The notes beneath the pieces were generated by a model. It was not told where the DNA came from and searched no databases. It was given only the letters and a program-made list of their open reading frames with translations. A program made the position numbers and the translations under genes. Below are positions 27,205-42,545 of a stretch of DNA of 64,000 bases, piece after piece; the first letter of the stretch is position 1; every line of letters begins with the position of its first letter. The DNA comes from Octopus sinensis (Eukaryota), in assembly GCF_006345805.1 (NCBI RefSeq), contig NC_042999.1, forward strand, positions 111,538,001-111,602,000. The letters run 5' to 3'.

Positions 27205-27620
27205 GGCGCAGGCGTGGCTGTGTGGTAAGTAGCTTGTTTACCAACCACATGGTTCCGGGTTCAGTCCCATTGCGTGGCACCTTGGGCAAGTGTTTTCTAC
27301 TATAGCCTCGGGCCGACCAAAGCCTTGTGAGTGGATTTGGTAGACGGAAACTGAAAGAAGCCCGTCGTATATATGTATATATATGTATGCGTGTCTATGT
27401 TTGTGTGTCTGTGTTTGTCCCCCCTAGCATTGCTTGACAACTGATGCTGGTGTGTTTACGTCCCCGTTACTTAGCGGTTCGGCAAAAGAGACTGATAGAA
27501 TAACTACTGGGCTTACAAAAGAATAAGTCCCGGGGGTCGAGTTGCTCGACTGAAGGCGGTGCTCCAGCATGGCCGCAGTAAAATGACTGAAACAAGTAAA
27601 AGAGTAAAAGAGTAAAGAGT
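27205..27620 (+). mobile_element. Full-length tRNA-derived SINE family A
   Basis: Head GGCGCAGGCGTGGCTGTGTGGTAAG, internal (TA)/(TG) tract, (GTAAAAGA)n tail; near-identical to 3660-4092. Confidence 0.92.
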
Positions 27621-27912
27621 AGTGGTTCGGTAAAAACAGAACAGTTGGTATGTACCACAGAACTTTCGATATAAAATATATACTGCCAGCAAATTTCATC
27701 AACTATACAATTAGAGGCAATGCTCCAGAGTGCCATCCGATGTCTGAGACAAAAAAATAAAACGACACTTCATATATATATATATATATATACATGCATA
27801 TTCATATACACACGTCCACATCACCGAGCGCGCGTGTGCATGTGCTTGTGTGTGTACTTAGGTATATTTATATAAAAATTAATATGGTGTGCGACATAAC
27901 TCCATGAAAACA

Positions 27913-27998
<86 letters not shown>

Positions 27999-28118
27999 CA
28001 TGTATGTAAATATATATATATACTTGTAAATGGATGTGTGGCGTTCAATCAAATAATAATATAATATATATATGCATATATCTGTATATACATATATGTA
28101 TATATATATGCATATATA

Positions 28119-28181
<63 letters not shown>

Positions 28182-28222
28182 TTATTTATAATAAGTGTAG
28201 GTGGCATACGAGTGGGTATATA

Positions 28223-28610
28223 TTTATAAAAATGAAGTTTGAAAACGCCACTATACAAGATAAATTTTAATTTTCTTAGAGATTTCACATGTCTCGGTTC
28301 TTCTTGAATAAATATTTTTAAAAGTCAAGTGTAATAAAAAAGTTCATAATTGTTTCTTACTAGTCTCAATAGAGTCCACGTGATGGTGTTTTGTGGTGGA
28401 GAGCATGATGGTTGTCTTGTACATTAACTAGATTCGTTGGCTGTAATTATGGGAATTAAGATTCCCATAATTATGAACTTTTTTTATTACACTTAACTTT
28501 TAAAAATATTTTTGATAAGGTTCGTTTTTTCAAGAAACGAAACATGTAAAATCTCTAAAAAAAATTTAAATTATCTTGTATAGTGGCGTTTTCAAACTTC
28601 TATTTATAAA
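28223..28610. repeat. Fold-back structure with ~130-bp inverted arms, flanked by (TA)n
   Basis: 28223-28352 is the diverged reverse complement of 28469-28610 (GAAGTTTGAAAACGCCACTATACAAGATAA vs TTATCTTGTATAGTGGCGTTTTCAAACTTC). Confidence 0.85.
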
Positions 28611-28843
28611 TAAATAAATATATATATATATATATATAATTTCAAATTAATAATAAAAGGGTAAAATTAATTAATCAAATTAATCAGTCAATGAACCAAT
28701 TAATAATTGTACCATGTAGATCGGTATGTTAAAATAACCGTTGTAAGTAAAATTATACAAATATGCTATAATTATAAACATAATTATAATTAGGGATCAG
28801 CTAATTGCTTCACCACATGCCGAATTTAGAAATGGGAGTTAAA

Positions 28844-28889
<46 letters not shown>

Positions 28890-29198
28890 GATAGACAGGT
28901 AGACACATACACATGCATACATGCATATGCATGTACAGCCTATACAGACGCATACATATAATCATACACGCATGCACGCACGCACACATACACACTTGTA
29001 TACATTTCTATGTCTATATGGATATAGTTCTGTAAATATACATTTACATGTATGCGTATGTTAGTGTTTGGATTTGTGCACGCGAAGATATTTTTGCTGA
29101 GGTATTGCTTTATAGTGGATCACATACGCACGCACATATACATGCCTACTTGCATATATACAATCCTACACATACATACAAACATGAATACAAACATG

Positions 29199-29264
<66 letters not shown>

Positions 29265-30033
29265 TATCCACCAAATTATTGCAATGAGCGCTGGTCTAGC
29301 TACAAATCTCAAAAATGACAGCGTTAATATATTCGCTAATAGAATAAAGCTCGAGGCATATTTAGCAACAGGGGATTGACATTTTTGCCTCGAGTTCACC
29401 CGATGAACATGCAGGTCGAATTGAATCAATTTTATCAAACATCCACTGTTCTCCATTTATATGAGAGTTAGGAATTTAAATTCAGTTTTGTTATTTTTAT
29501 TCGTTGTTATTTGTTTTTTATCTTAGTTTCTTTTTCTGTTGAAAAATTTAAGATATCTTCATAATCTAATATGTAGAAAAGAAAGCAATGGTGATAAAGC
29601 AAATGTTTTTAAACTATGTTTAACTAGAGTTGGGATTCATTAAAATATGGATTGATTAGAATTTTCTGTTGCTTTAATGATTTCCGTTCAGACTTATAAA
29701 CCAATAAGATAATGATTGGCGAGTTAGAGATTGAAAAATCTTTATGGGGATTTAGTTACCTATAACTCATACAATCTTCTCTCAAAGCATATTTATCACT
29801 TTAAATACGGTAAGGAAACATTGGATAACTTAATCATGGATAGAAAAAAGACCGGAAAGTCATAGATGGGACTTCTTTGATGAATGATAGGTTTTCGAAA
29901 TCGGGGTTGAGCTTCATATAAACTAAACCAGTAACTAGAATTTCTCACTAAATAGCGTCGTTCAGTTGAAAATAATGAACCTGTGAAGAATAGATACGTG
30001 TTAATATGCAATGACCTTCTCAGAAGTACTAAT

Positions 30034-30152
30034 GAAGGCGGCGAGCTGGCAGAATCATTAGCACGCCGGGCGAAATACTTACCGGTATTTCGTCTGCCGT
30101 TACGTTCCGAGTTCGAATTCCGCCGAGGTCGACTTTGCCTTTCATCCTTTCG
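30034..30152 (+). mobile_element. SINE family B head, low divergence
   Basis: GAAGGCGGCGAGCTGGCAGAATCATTAGCACGCCGGGCG...GAGTTCGAATTCCGCCGAGGTCGAC. Confidence 0.8.
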
Positions 30153-31945
30153 GATTTCACGGATTCTTTGGCTTTTTATTTAATTCCAGCTATTGTAGAA
30201 TTAAGTAAGAATCAAATGTTACCTTGGATGCGATGTACCACTATCAAGAATTTTCTCCGGAAGCCACGTATCTGTTTTTAACATGTAGATGAACTGAGAC
30301 ATTTTCCTGCCAAAAGAGACAAATAATCAAGTACCCTGCTAACAGAAACAATCAAATGCCCGCAATGAATTTTGAACTCATATGTTACAGGTTAATTTCC
30401 CATTTTTAAAATACCCAACCAGGTAACGCAATAGTAAAGTGACTGATCTAGAGAGTATTAGGGCAGACAGTGAATCTTGGTAGTAATTTTCAGTATATTA
30501 TCAAAACAGGAAATAAAGGAATTACAAAAATCGGCCTATAGCCAAAACAGAAGTAAGGCGTTCTTGTTTACATGTGACACGTTAATCAAAACGTACGTTT
30601 CTCTTCTCCCAAGTTTCTTTTTCTCTTTTCTCGCTGTCGAATGACTACTGTAAGAAATTTCTACCATTCTCATTATTTCTTTCTTACAGTGCAAAACTAA
30701 TTGCTATATTCTGTGTATTCTTGTACTCGCTTTTCGAATCTTCTGTTCTTGATACAATTCTTTCACTGTAAGTTACTCATTTGCAAAATGCATGCAATTT
30801 GTTTACAAGATGTCACTCTATGCAAAAATCTCTAGTGCATATTATCGTTAAATATATCTCTTCAATTTTAAGTATATTAATTATGTTTTTGTACTCAGAT
30901 TTGTTACGAGACCTATGTGCTATGTTTGAAAATCACTTGATCTCTCGATCGGTGTTTTCCAAACGACAATGACAAGTAACGGCTGAATATTGTTATTGAT
31001 GTAACAACCAGTGTGTGTATGTGTGTTTCTGTATGTGTGTATGTATGTGTTTGTTCATGTGTATATATGTCAGTGTATGTGTTTGTGCGCGTATGTGTGT
31101 GAAAAAGGAGAGGGCAAACGTTACAAAGACAGGAAAAGCAGGATGAGAAAGCAGGAAAAGAAAGAAAAGATTGAGAGAAAAAAGAAGAGGATTGTGAATA
31201 AAGAAAAGAAGTGCGTTATGTTAAGTCACACAGATATAACATACCAGAGAAAGACTACACTGAGAAACAACCATTCACATGCAATCATCAGTTGAAAAAA
31301 CAAAATGCAGAAAATTATTAAAAAATAACCTATTATATTTTATTTTTTTCACTTCGACAACATAACACTTTATTGGTTAGAACTGTTGTTATTGGGATTG
31401 TTCTTCTTTATTAACTCTATATTAGTACAGATTGAGCAGACCTCTAATCGAAGTCACCTAAGTGCGATCACATTATGTAATTTTCAGGTATATTGATTTT
31501 TGATTTATTCAAGAGGTCAACAGTTTTAAGAAGAAGCAACAGTTGATACCTTTGACGCCTATATTTGACTAGTATTTTATTCTATCCAACCTCGACTAAT
31601 GAAAGGTAAAGTTAATCTCATCGTGATTTGAACTCAAAACATAAAGAATCAGAACATATACCGCGAAGACTATATCACGACACTGCCAGCTCGTCGCTCT
31701 TAAGTCAAAACATGTATCAAGTTTGATAGCTCAATGTGTCTTTTTTTACAGTTCAATGTGTCCTTCTTTTCAGCTCAATTCTTTCTTTTCCTGCAGTAGG
31801 CTTTAATTCTAGGGAGATACGGCTGTAGTTTCTTATAAGTCGATTGAATATAACAAAAAGACCCACTCGTTAGCTCACTGATTAGGATGATGTTTACATT
31901 TGGATACAGATTGTAACACGTACACATACGCCCACGTTCTCACAG

Positions 31946-32026
<81 letters not shown>

Positions 32027-32037
32027 ATTATATATAC

Positions 32038-32128
<91 letters not shown>

Positions 32129-32586
32129 GTATAAATCTGCACACACGGTTATAATGGCCTTCTTAATGGCTATTATCTATTTTCAAGATGGGCTAGTACT
32201 TGCAGTAACACCTCAAATCTACGGTTCATTAAAGTAAATAAATAAGATCATATTGGATGTTCTCCTGAACTCACGCTGTGTAAAAATGAGATAGTCATGA
32301 ATGGAACGCTTTTTGGCTACAGTTTGAAATCAGAACAGACTATGAGTAAGAACAGGCAACAGGGTAGCCTTAAGATGGTGGTTTCACCAGTTATGGAATA
32401 TCAGACATTCTCCCTCATTTTATCTCCATCAATAGAGACCACTGTCAATTATATATATCCGTGTGTCTGTTTATATACATAGATATATGTCTTTATATGA
32501 GAGTGTGTGTGTGTGTGTGGTGTGTGAGTATGTATATACATGTATATATGTATGCATGTATGTATATGTATGTATATATGTATGTA

Positions 32587-32622
<36 letters not shown>

Positions 32623-32781
32623 CGTGTGTGTGTGTATGTGTATGTATGTACATCTGTGTGTAGAAATTTACAACAATGCATAATCTAATTTTCTCTCCTC
32701 TCTCTCTCTCTGTATATACATATATATATATATATATACATAAATACATATGTATGTAGATACATATCTACATATAATATA

Positions 32782-32826
<45 letters not shown>

Positions 32827-33499
32827 TACACACCTATACACCTATCAACATTCTTTGCATACATACATACATACGTATATGTATATATATCTGTGTGTGT
32901 GTGCGCATGTCTGTGTGTGTGTGCGAATTTACTATGATGTATAGAGAACATAATGTTTAACATGTTAATCATACAGTACTAACACCTTAGTTTTTGTTTG
33001 CAAACTGAGCTAAGCTGTCACCGTTCTGATTGGACTGAACAATGAACCAGCATCACATTAGTTTGACTAGAGAAATGTTTCTTTGATCTGCTGTGTATTT
33101 ACATTATCTATCTATGTCATTGCAAATATCTCTTCTGAATTTTTCATTTCAAGACAATAAGAGAGCGTGAGGCTGTATTTCTTAGGTAGATGTTTACAAA
33201 CTGTCTAAAGTGACTGCCTAGACAAGAAAGGATTAAACTGAGAATAAACAAAGTGTTTGTGGATACAATGGAAGTGTGTTCATGAGTTGTAATATAAGCC
33301 TGCTGTTGCTTTACTTTTAAACATTTAAAAAAATATTTTGGGGGGATTTTTACACATTCCTGTACTATTTGTAAATATGTTAGATCGTAATTCAAACAGA
33401 AGATTTTTATTATATTAAATCATAATCAAGTTGATTATATTACAATATATTACATTGATCTTTACTACTCGGTCTACCAGTGTTGTTATTGTGGTTCTT

Positions 33500-33551
33500 G
33501 TTGTTGCTGTTGTTGTTGTTGTTATGATGGTGGTGGTGGTGATGATGATGA

Positions 33552-33588
<37 letters not shown>

Positions 33589-33615
33589 GGTGGTGGTGGT
33601 GGTGGTGGTGATGAA
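33500..33615. repeat. Compound (GTT)/(GAT)/(GGT)n microsatellite
   Basis: Direct inspection. Confidence 0.95.
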
Positions 33616-36600
33616 TGATGCTACAGATGTCATTGTGATCGTCAACGTTTAGTTCTCGGTCTATTCTGTTCAAGCAGAAATGTATGTTTATGTGTGCAAG
33701 TGTGTGTGTGCGTGCATGCTTGTGTCAGTATGTGTGCGTGAGTATATGCATGTTTGCATATGTGCGTATGCCTAATTTGAATTTGTGTTTGTTCTCCTTT
33801 AGCTTGAAAGCCTGTTTTGATTTAATGTTCCCGTAACCTGGCGGTCCAGCAAAAGTGGCCAGTAGAATAAGCACCAGACAAGTACTGCGGCCGGTTTGCT
33901 CGACTACCCAATGCAAGGTGGAGCGCCAGCGTGGCCGCAGTCTGTTAACTGAAACTAGTAAAAGAATAAAAGATTGTCTTCTTACTTTCAGGTATGATAT
34001 ATGTAGACTAAATTAACCAATGTATTTTCCTTACTTAAGATGCTTTGGTGGAATTTTAGGGAATTTGGCTGTCAGTTCCAACTTACCGAAAGATTATGTC
34101 GATGTTCCTTCTTGTTTTTTCTTTGGTTCGTTTTTCTTGCATTAAGATAAGAGAGCATTTATATAATTACCTATGTTTTAATTCTCAAAACACTAGCTTA
34201 AACTTTCCTTAGATTGTAATTTGAGATTTATGATGAGGATTATAGGGCATTGAGGTTATATAAAATGTTTTCTGTTCTTCCTAGGACTTGTATTTTCTAA
34301 TATTCCAGGAGTTGATCCATGAAAGTATAATAACAGTCAGCAGTTTAGCCAGTTTGCGTGGAATAGATAAACAGAGTTAATGATTAAATTGTCGCATGAC
34401 GATGATTAGTGGGAAATCTGAAGTGGCATAATGGTTCGACATTTCATATAGTTCTGGAGAAGAAAGTGTTTGTCAAAGTGTTTTCTTAGGAAAATTTCAT
34501 TTGAAAATGAGATTGTAATATCTTTAATACAGGAGAATAAATAAAACAAAATTTGACATGTTTCAATAAGCAGTATTATCAGAACACTTTGTTTACAACA
34601 GGTAATTACATAAGGTGATATATTACACATATTAGGCACAATGATTCATTACTATTAATTTTATCGTATACTGCTTTACTTTTATCATAGCTTCATATAA
34701 AAGAATGACAGGGAGAAAGCAAAGTACAGAGAGAATGGGAAAGAGAGAGAGAGAATTGGAGTGAAGAGTGGGAGAGAATAAGAATGAAAGTAAAGAACTG
34801 CTTAAATAAATACAGTATATACAAAGTTATTAAATCCAAGCATAAAACTAATTATTGCCAATATTAAAGAAAAAAATAGACAGAAGAGTAACCTGAAAAA
34901 TTGGCAACAGAATATTCCAGAACATTCCAAGAACATTATCATTGCCAACAAACCAAAACAGTAGCAACAACTTTAAACAAAAATAAATATTATATGGATT
35001 GCAAGGGCTACGTTAGAATTAAATGAAGGAAGATAAATTAATGTAAATAATAAATGTTAATGATAGAATGTGTAACCTTAGATTGCTAGAACACAATGAA
35101 TGAGGTTATGGAGTTTTATTAGTGTCATTTGGTTGTGCTGATAATAATTTGATTTCTAGTTTTTCTTTCTTTTGTTCCCAGTTTGTTTTGTTGTTTACTT
35201 TTTTCAATTAATATAATAATAGATGGAGTATGATAGAAAAATATATGAAAAACCATATCTTATATTACTTATTGTGAAACAATGAAATTCTTTGGAGAAT
35301 GAACGCTGGTGTTATTAATATTTCATCGAGAGTTTCATTAATATTGAATAATTGGATCAAAAATTTAAAAGATTTGCTTTGTATAAGATTCCAGCTGAAG
35401 GATATTGGTGTTTGATAAGCATGATAGTTATTAAGATCCTTCATTCAAAATATTCTATTGTTGAAGCTACAGTATCATGTATTCTAGCCAGAAGAATAAA
35501 ACCTGCTATTTTGAATTAAAGCAAAATAATATACTCCATTGACATTTGCAGGTCGTGTGCCTCAAGTCTTCATCTATGAAAATGATATGCAGCCATTCAT
35601 TTAAGATTAACATTATTGATGCTATTATCATTATCATTATCAAAGGCAGTAGCTTTAACCTTCTCACTATCATGATATTACCATCGTCATCATTATAGTC
35701 CATACCCAATGTATTAGAGTGGCATATATTAAACGAATCCACACAACATTTGAAGAGGAAAAACGTTTCCCTCTCAGACAAGCGCTAACTCCAGAGATTT
35801 CAGAATATCCTTTTCCTTACAGCATATTAATTTCTCGTGTCTCGCAGACTTCACTTCATAATTTCGACCAATGCATCAGAATGAACAGTTTTCATAGCCT
35901 CTGTTTTTACCTATAATAAGGCATATCTTCTTTAACTTGGTCCTTGTCTTCTACCATTGAATATACACAAATATGAGTTTTTCTCAACTACTCGGGGAAC
36001 ACTGGAGGGTGTCGTTATTGTTGTTTTTTGCTAGAGCAGAGCTGTTACTCCAGGGAATACATTCCACTACGAAATGATAACACATTTTAATCTTCAGTCT
36101 CAATAAGATAACAATATTCATCTATATAATCTAGAGAAAAATAACAAGCAAATGGAACTATTGAATAGTAAAAAACAGATTTCAATATTAATATAATTAC
36201 CAGAAAGAAAATAGAGGACGAGCTCCAACAACCCCAATATAGGAAGTGCCCCAACAAACCTAAAGTAACAGACTTGAAGGGAAAAATAAACCGATAGAAA
36301 CCAGAGAGATGCTGAAGCATTTCTAAGAAAATATAATTGACACAGAGTTTCGGTCAAGAGTGATCAGGTCTGAAATACGAAGCGAGCCGTTACAATCAGA
36401 GTAAAAGATTGTCAGACTCGAAAAGGGATGCCCTGGTCATACCTAGGTGGTGGTTTCTCACTCTTGGGAGGATGGTTTTAGTTGTGTGCTTTACTAAAGG
36501 CTTAATATGTTTCACTATATTGTATTACATATGTGTCATAGCCCGGTTCTTATTGCACAAGTTCAAATCCACAAATTTTAAAACCATTTGTATAACACAT

Positions 36601-37164
36601 TTTGACCCTTGTGGCCAATGAAAATTACTGTTCTTGCACTTATATTATTATTATTATTATTATTATTATTACGATGACAAGGAGAAACAACACCTCCGGG
36701 TGTAATGTCTTCCGTCGTGTGATACATACATAAGTGTGTGTGAGTATGTGAGTGTATGTGTGTGTGCGTACATGCATACTATATACATATGTGTGTGTGC
36801 GTGTGGGTGTGTGTGTGTGTGCGTGTGTGTGTGTGTATGAGAGGTACTGGTATCTACAGACTCAAGAGTGTCAGGTAACGCTAAGTAAGTGCTATGGACA
36901 GACCGTAGCTAAACTCTTAGTTCTATAATGATACGCGTGAGGAGTCTAATGTGGGTCTGTATGCTATACAGAATTAGATACGAAAGCCAAGGCTGTAAGG
37001 AGAGAATGAAAGTAGAAATAAGATATATAAAGGAATTGCAACTACAATATCTTTATATATCCTTTTTCTACTTTCATTTTCTTATTTCCCTCTATATTCC
37101 CTGTCTCCTTCTTTTCCATAATAATTCGGATTCAAATATTTCCTCTATTTAACCTTTTCATGCC

Positions 37165-37211
37165 GTCTCTGATGAAGGGATATCTATAATATCTCAGAAC
37201 CAGCTGTAGGA
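37165..37211 (+). ncRNA. Degenerate hammerhead motif, same family as 23758-23805
   Basis: GUCU-CUGAUGA-A-GGGAUAU(CUAUA)AUAUCUC-A-GAA-CC(AGCU)GU-A-GGAC, with an A15.1-to-C change; downstream TTTCTTTATAAATGTCC is shared with the 23758 copy. Confidence 0.6.
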
Positions 37212-39893
37212 CTATTTCTTTATAAATGTCCTGAAAACTCGTTACAGCCTCGGGTTTGTTATTTCATTCTGTCTAACGTATATATATATATATCGTTATA
37301 TTTTGGGGTAGTCATTTCTTTTTTGCCGAATAAACACACGCATTTTGTATTCGTTCTTTACTTCAGATTTATTATTGTTCATATTTTGTCTTTAGTCTGG
37401 AAATCTTTCGTCACACATACTGTGACTCTTCACCGACTCTCCATCCCACGTGTCTCCTCCTCTTCTGTTTAGTACATTCTATTTAGTCCATTCTGCTTAT
37501 TTTATTCTGTTTATTTTATTCTGAATGGACTAAACAGAACAGGGGGAGTCACGTGGAATGGAGAGTGGCTGAAGAATTCACAGGATATGCGACGAAAGAT
37601 TTCTAGATTAAGGTCATAAAATAAGAACAATAATAAATCTGAAGTAACGAACGAATACATAGTGCGTATGTTTATTCTGCAAAACTTAATGACCGTCCCA
37701 AAATACAACTGTTTCAAGACATGATTTCACATCAGGAATCTTGCAAAATATGTACATATGCATACATTGTGCATATTTGCTTTATATTTCTAGGAGTCCG
37801 AGTGGCAATATAAATGATTCTTTGTTGAACACTGAGAAGTCACAACATACAGTCACATCGCGTTACTAGCCGGAAAAAATATTTACCTAGTGGCAGAACA
37901 GACCAGACATCTGCCAAAATACAACTCTCTCATTCTTTCTTTCTTTCTGTCTTTCACTCTGTTCCTCTCTTCCTCCCTCGCTTCTGTATCTCTCTCATCC
38001 CATTCTATTTCACTATTTCAGAGAAGTGGCTTGTGTATGAAGAACTACAAGATATGAGTTATTAGTGATGATGTTATTGATTTTGAAAGGAAGGATGAGC
38101 ACTGTTTCCCCCTTTAACATTTCATTGCACTGCAGCCATGCTGGAACACCACTTAGAAGCATTTTTAGTCAAGAAATCTTCCAGTATTTGCTGTAAGTGT
38201 TCTGCTTATTGTATCTAATTCTTTTTGAAGAGCCGCTAAGTTACATATACACATGTACTTACACAAGCCCAATCATAATAAGGGTTATTATTATCATTGA
38301 ATTAAGATTAAAATTAATCTTAAACTCGGAAAATTTTTCATCAAATATTAATTGAAATAACACATTTGCTATAATTAACATATTAAAAGATATATTACAT
38401 CAAATCCCTAAAATATATCCTATTTATTCAAGAAACTTAATTTTAATTAATTAGATAAATTACACTAGCATAATATTTTAATTTAACCTATTTGACCTAA
38501 AGCAACCTTTTCTCATTTATAATTATTGAATAGAGAAAATATCAAAAAATACAAATATATAAATATAGCTTATTGCATACAAAAAAGTTAAGAAGGAAAA
38601 GGATTATTCACATTAAAACAAGCAATCTTAATAAAATGAATAGAAAAGTTATTAAATAACTGACTCTACATAGTTGAGATAACTGAATTTGGTTAGGAAG
38701 GAAAGAATACTACAGGAAGTTTGAAGAATAGCCATCAAAGAATCGGCACAGTGTGGGAATTGTTTTGAAGAATGTTTAATAAAATTATTAAAGATACAAG
38801 AAACTGAATGTAACAAATCAAACTTCATTGTCATAATAATCTCTTTGAATATAAAATTTCTGAAATATTTGTTAATTTAATCTAAGTAGATTTATTCACT
38901 TTGAGGTGACAATGAAAGCGGGGAATACATTTTATTCATATTGTCTCATACATCTCTTGTAGCTTTAATCCATGTAATCTAAGATCGGTATTTCGGAATT
39001 GCTTCAGGTCTTCTTGTAGTCTTTTAGATATAAGTTGCATGCTATATGACATTTGTTTGGAGCCTTTTACAATTTAAAGAATTACAAATGTCTAAAAACC
39101 TCACTGAAAATCTCTGCTTTTTCGATTTTATACAACTGATATTGTTGTTTGACTTGAAGTCAGCACTGATTGAGCAGACGTAGTATCAAAAATGATTACA
39201 AATGTCTTCCCTATTTTTTCTTTATTTTATTTTATGTGATGTTGATTTAGAGGTCCTCTAAAGAAGCGTGTGGCCACGCCTAGAAAATTCATCCGCACTT
39301 AATTACCCACTACTCACTTGTGTAAAATCCAAAAATATGAACTTCCAGTAACATGAACTGCAATAATGCAACCCAGAAGAGTATATGAAGCTACGAGAAT
39401 GTGCAGTGGAGTTAAATATTAAAGAAGGATAAAGACAATAGAGAGAAAAAGAAAAGTCACTTGCTGGCTATTAGGCTATTGGGATATTTTGCTGCCAATG
39501 TGTTGGAAATCATTCAAGTGTGCAAAAGCATGATGGCCTGAGTAGAACATTAAGCAAAGGATTTAGACACAGAAAATAGCTTCAGACATTCTAGTTGTTG
39601 GTTGGGGTAGGATTATGAATAGTGGGTAGAGAAGTAATTAACTAACTAACAATCTTAAAATTGCTTAAATAATTATCAAATAAATTCTTAAACGCATATA
39701 TAAGGTTAGATAAAAGATAATGCTAAGGCAAAATCTAAGCATTAGATAACCTCACTAAAGCACATAAGTAAAAAGGTAGTTGTATAAGTAGGTAAATATT
39801 TAATATAAGAAGGAAATATTGATCCTGAAGTTATACCCTCAGTCTCCCATGTAAGCTACTATATTTCCTTAATTAGTACCCTTGAACTAAATC

Positions 39894-39955
<62 letters not shown>

Positions 39956-39974
39956 CATCATCATCATCACCACC

Positions 39975-40007
<33 letters not shown>

Positions 40008-40629
40008 GTCATCATCATCATATCATTAATACCTTTATTATTACTATTATTGTTTCTAATAGTGTTATTACGATTACTATCCAGGTATATGCTAAATTTA
40101 CGCCTATTGAATGTAGCAATAATCGACTGTATGTTGGATGTAGACATAAAGTATCGAATAATAGTTATGCTGACGTGGGAAATTAGATTTTAGAATATTA
40201 AAGAACAATTTTTGTAATCCTTTACCATTCAAAAGGACAGGAGATATAAACCAGAGAATTTGATACTCTTATCTGGTCCATCTGAACGATCAAAATAAGT
40301 GTACGTATACAGAAAACGACATATGCTTTTCCTCTCAGTTACTGAAACGGAGTAGGATCTAAGAGAACGGGAACTACAATCCTTCATATTATCGATAGTG
40401 AAGATCCTAGTAAGTATGGTTCCGAATATTATAGGTAGCTTCAGTTGGTTTATTGTGTGGAGCAGATTGTGCGAATAAAATTTTGAGTGAAGCCAATCGC
40501 AAATCTTGTTTGCCTGGATTCTGTCACTCTTCGTACCCTTCGTTCGACGTTTGATGTTGGTGTCTAGTTAGGTTTGTGCACTAATTTTCAATATATATGT
40601 GTGCATGTATATATTTAGAGAATGAATTG

Positions 40630-40680
40630 ACTGGTAGATAGACAGAGAGACAGATAGATAGATAGTTAGATAGATAGTTT

Positions 40681-40724
<44 letters not shown>

Positions 40725-40867
40725 TAGATAGATAGATAGATAGAAGATATAGATAGATATATGAATAGATAGATGGATAGATAGATGGATAGATAGATGA
40801 GATGGATGGATAGATAGATAGAATAGATAGATAGATAGATAGATAGATATAGATAGATAGATAGATA
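40630..40867. repeat. (GATA)n array, left flank and tail of the Tx1 element
   Basis: Direct inspection. Confidence 0.95.
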
Positions 40868-40937
40868 TGTTTCTTTATTAGCCACACAGGGCTGCACACA
40901 GATAGAACAATTACAAGGTAGAGCTTTTCTTTTGAAG

Positions 40938-40971
<34 letters not shown>

Positions 40972-42545
40972 AGGGGGAGGTTCGATCAAAAGGGATCGTA
41001 AAAGGAGAGAAAGAGGACAAAAATAAGGGGGGTTAAAAAAAAAAAAAAAAAAAAAGGGGGGGGGAGGAAAAAAAATGATCAATAGGGATCGTTATCACAG
41101 AAATGTCAATATGAAGTGTAAAGGGGAGGACAGGTGAGGTTTACCCGTGGAAAGAAAAGCCTGCGGAAAAGACCACGGTAACCTCGGTCAATGAAGTCAC
41201 ATTTTATATTTCTTTTTTTTTTTTTTTTTTTTTGCAAATAAGCAACTCTCTGTTTTCGATTTCTGGGTTCATAGGACTATGCTCAAGGTGGCTTCGTCAT
41301 TCATACGTGCCATTCTTGCTACATTCACCCATCTTTTTTTAAAACATTCGCTAGACAAAACTTGCCTCTCTACTCTCACTTTCCTTTTCAAGTGGTACTT
41401 GAAGAAGTTGATGAGAGATTGACCAGAGAGGAAAGTGTTTGTCTCCAATCCTTTCAGACGCGTCCACCAGATACATTCTTTCGCCATAGCCACAAGGATG
41501 ATGAAAATAGCTCTTCCTTCCCGTTTGAAGGAAGGAGGCGTGACAATATTGACGATAGACTCAGCTGATAAACCGACTCGTCCCACACGTGACAGCAGTT
41601 GTTCGACATAAGCCCACAGGTCGGAAATTGTTGGACACTGAACGAGTGCGTGCAGAACGGTTTCGTCGCTCTGACCGCATCTCGGGCAGGTCGGCCCCGT
41701 GTTTCTCGAGCCGTGTCTGTAGAGCTTATCCCGAACGGGTAGCGCTTCTCGGTAGCACTGCCAGGCCAGGGATCTCTGGAAGTTGTCCATGGGCCCTGGC
41801 CCGAAAGTCGTCCCGAACAGGCGGGTCAGGTACTCCTCGTCGACGTCCAGGTTCGCCCCGAGCTCGTCGTCGTACCTCCCCTCCACTAAACCCCTATAGA
41901 ATGCTTTGGTTGTGTTGAAGTCACTTAAGGTCGACCCAGGACGGCAGAGTTGCTTGAGAGCAACGCGACACTCGCGGTGCCATTCGCCCTTCCTCGGCCT
42001 CTTTTTGATCCACGACTGCAGTTCGGTCATGGAGACGAGCTGCGGGAAAGCGTGCCTCACAAACGGCGACCACACCTGTTCACCGTCGTCTACATAGAGC
42101 CAGAGATGTCGCAGTCTCAGCGCGTGTCTGCGCATCATCAACCACGGCATGCCCAGCCCTCCTTTTAACGGGTGTTGACAGCAAATGGATCGCCTGACCA
42201 TCGGGACGCATCCTTTCCACAAGAAGCGAAAGAGGATGCGTTGTAGTTTGGTGATGGTAGGGTCGGGACAAGGTACGACGGTCAGGCGGTAGTAGATGAC
42301 GGACGCGATGTACGTGTTCGCCACCTCCGCTCGACCTTTTAGGGACAGTTTCCTCTCGGCCCATTGCCGGGCGAGAGTGACCACCCTACTCGTTATCTCG
42401 TTCCAGTTCTTCTCCACTTGGAGGTCCGGACCAAACCAGACCCCGAGCAACTCAACCGGGCCGTCGGTCCAGCGTCCCACGACGGAGGTGCTGGTGGACG
42501 GCATGGGCTTGCTTCTCCAGGTGCCTAGTCGCAAGCCCACTGAAT
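40868..42545 (-). mobile_element. Tx1/L1-clade LINE, 3' part (ORF2 C-terminus and ~400-nt 3' UTR)
   Basis: Uninterrupted 423-codon frame at 41269-42540 with ERKLSLKGR and GGLGMP motifs and an L1-type zinc finger (CPRCGQSDETVLHALVQC); AATAAA at 40874-40879, then (TATC)n. Confidence 0.92.

Noticed and set aside
38280-38640. Very AT-rich block with a hydrophobic frame under the invertebrate mitochondrial code (possible NUMT)
   Set aside because: No mitochondrial gene motif recognised; T-rich DNA gives such frames by composition.
40228-40566. ~112-codon stop-free minus frame without an initial ATG
   Set aside because: No recognisable motif or paired splice sites; about one run this long is expected by chance in a window this size.
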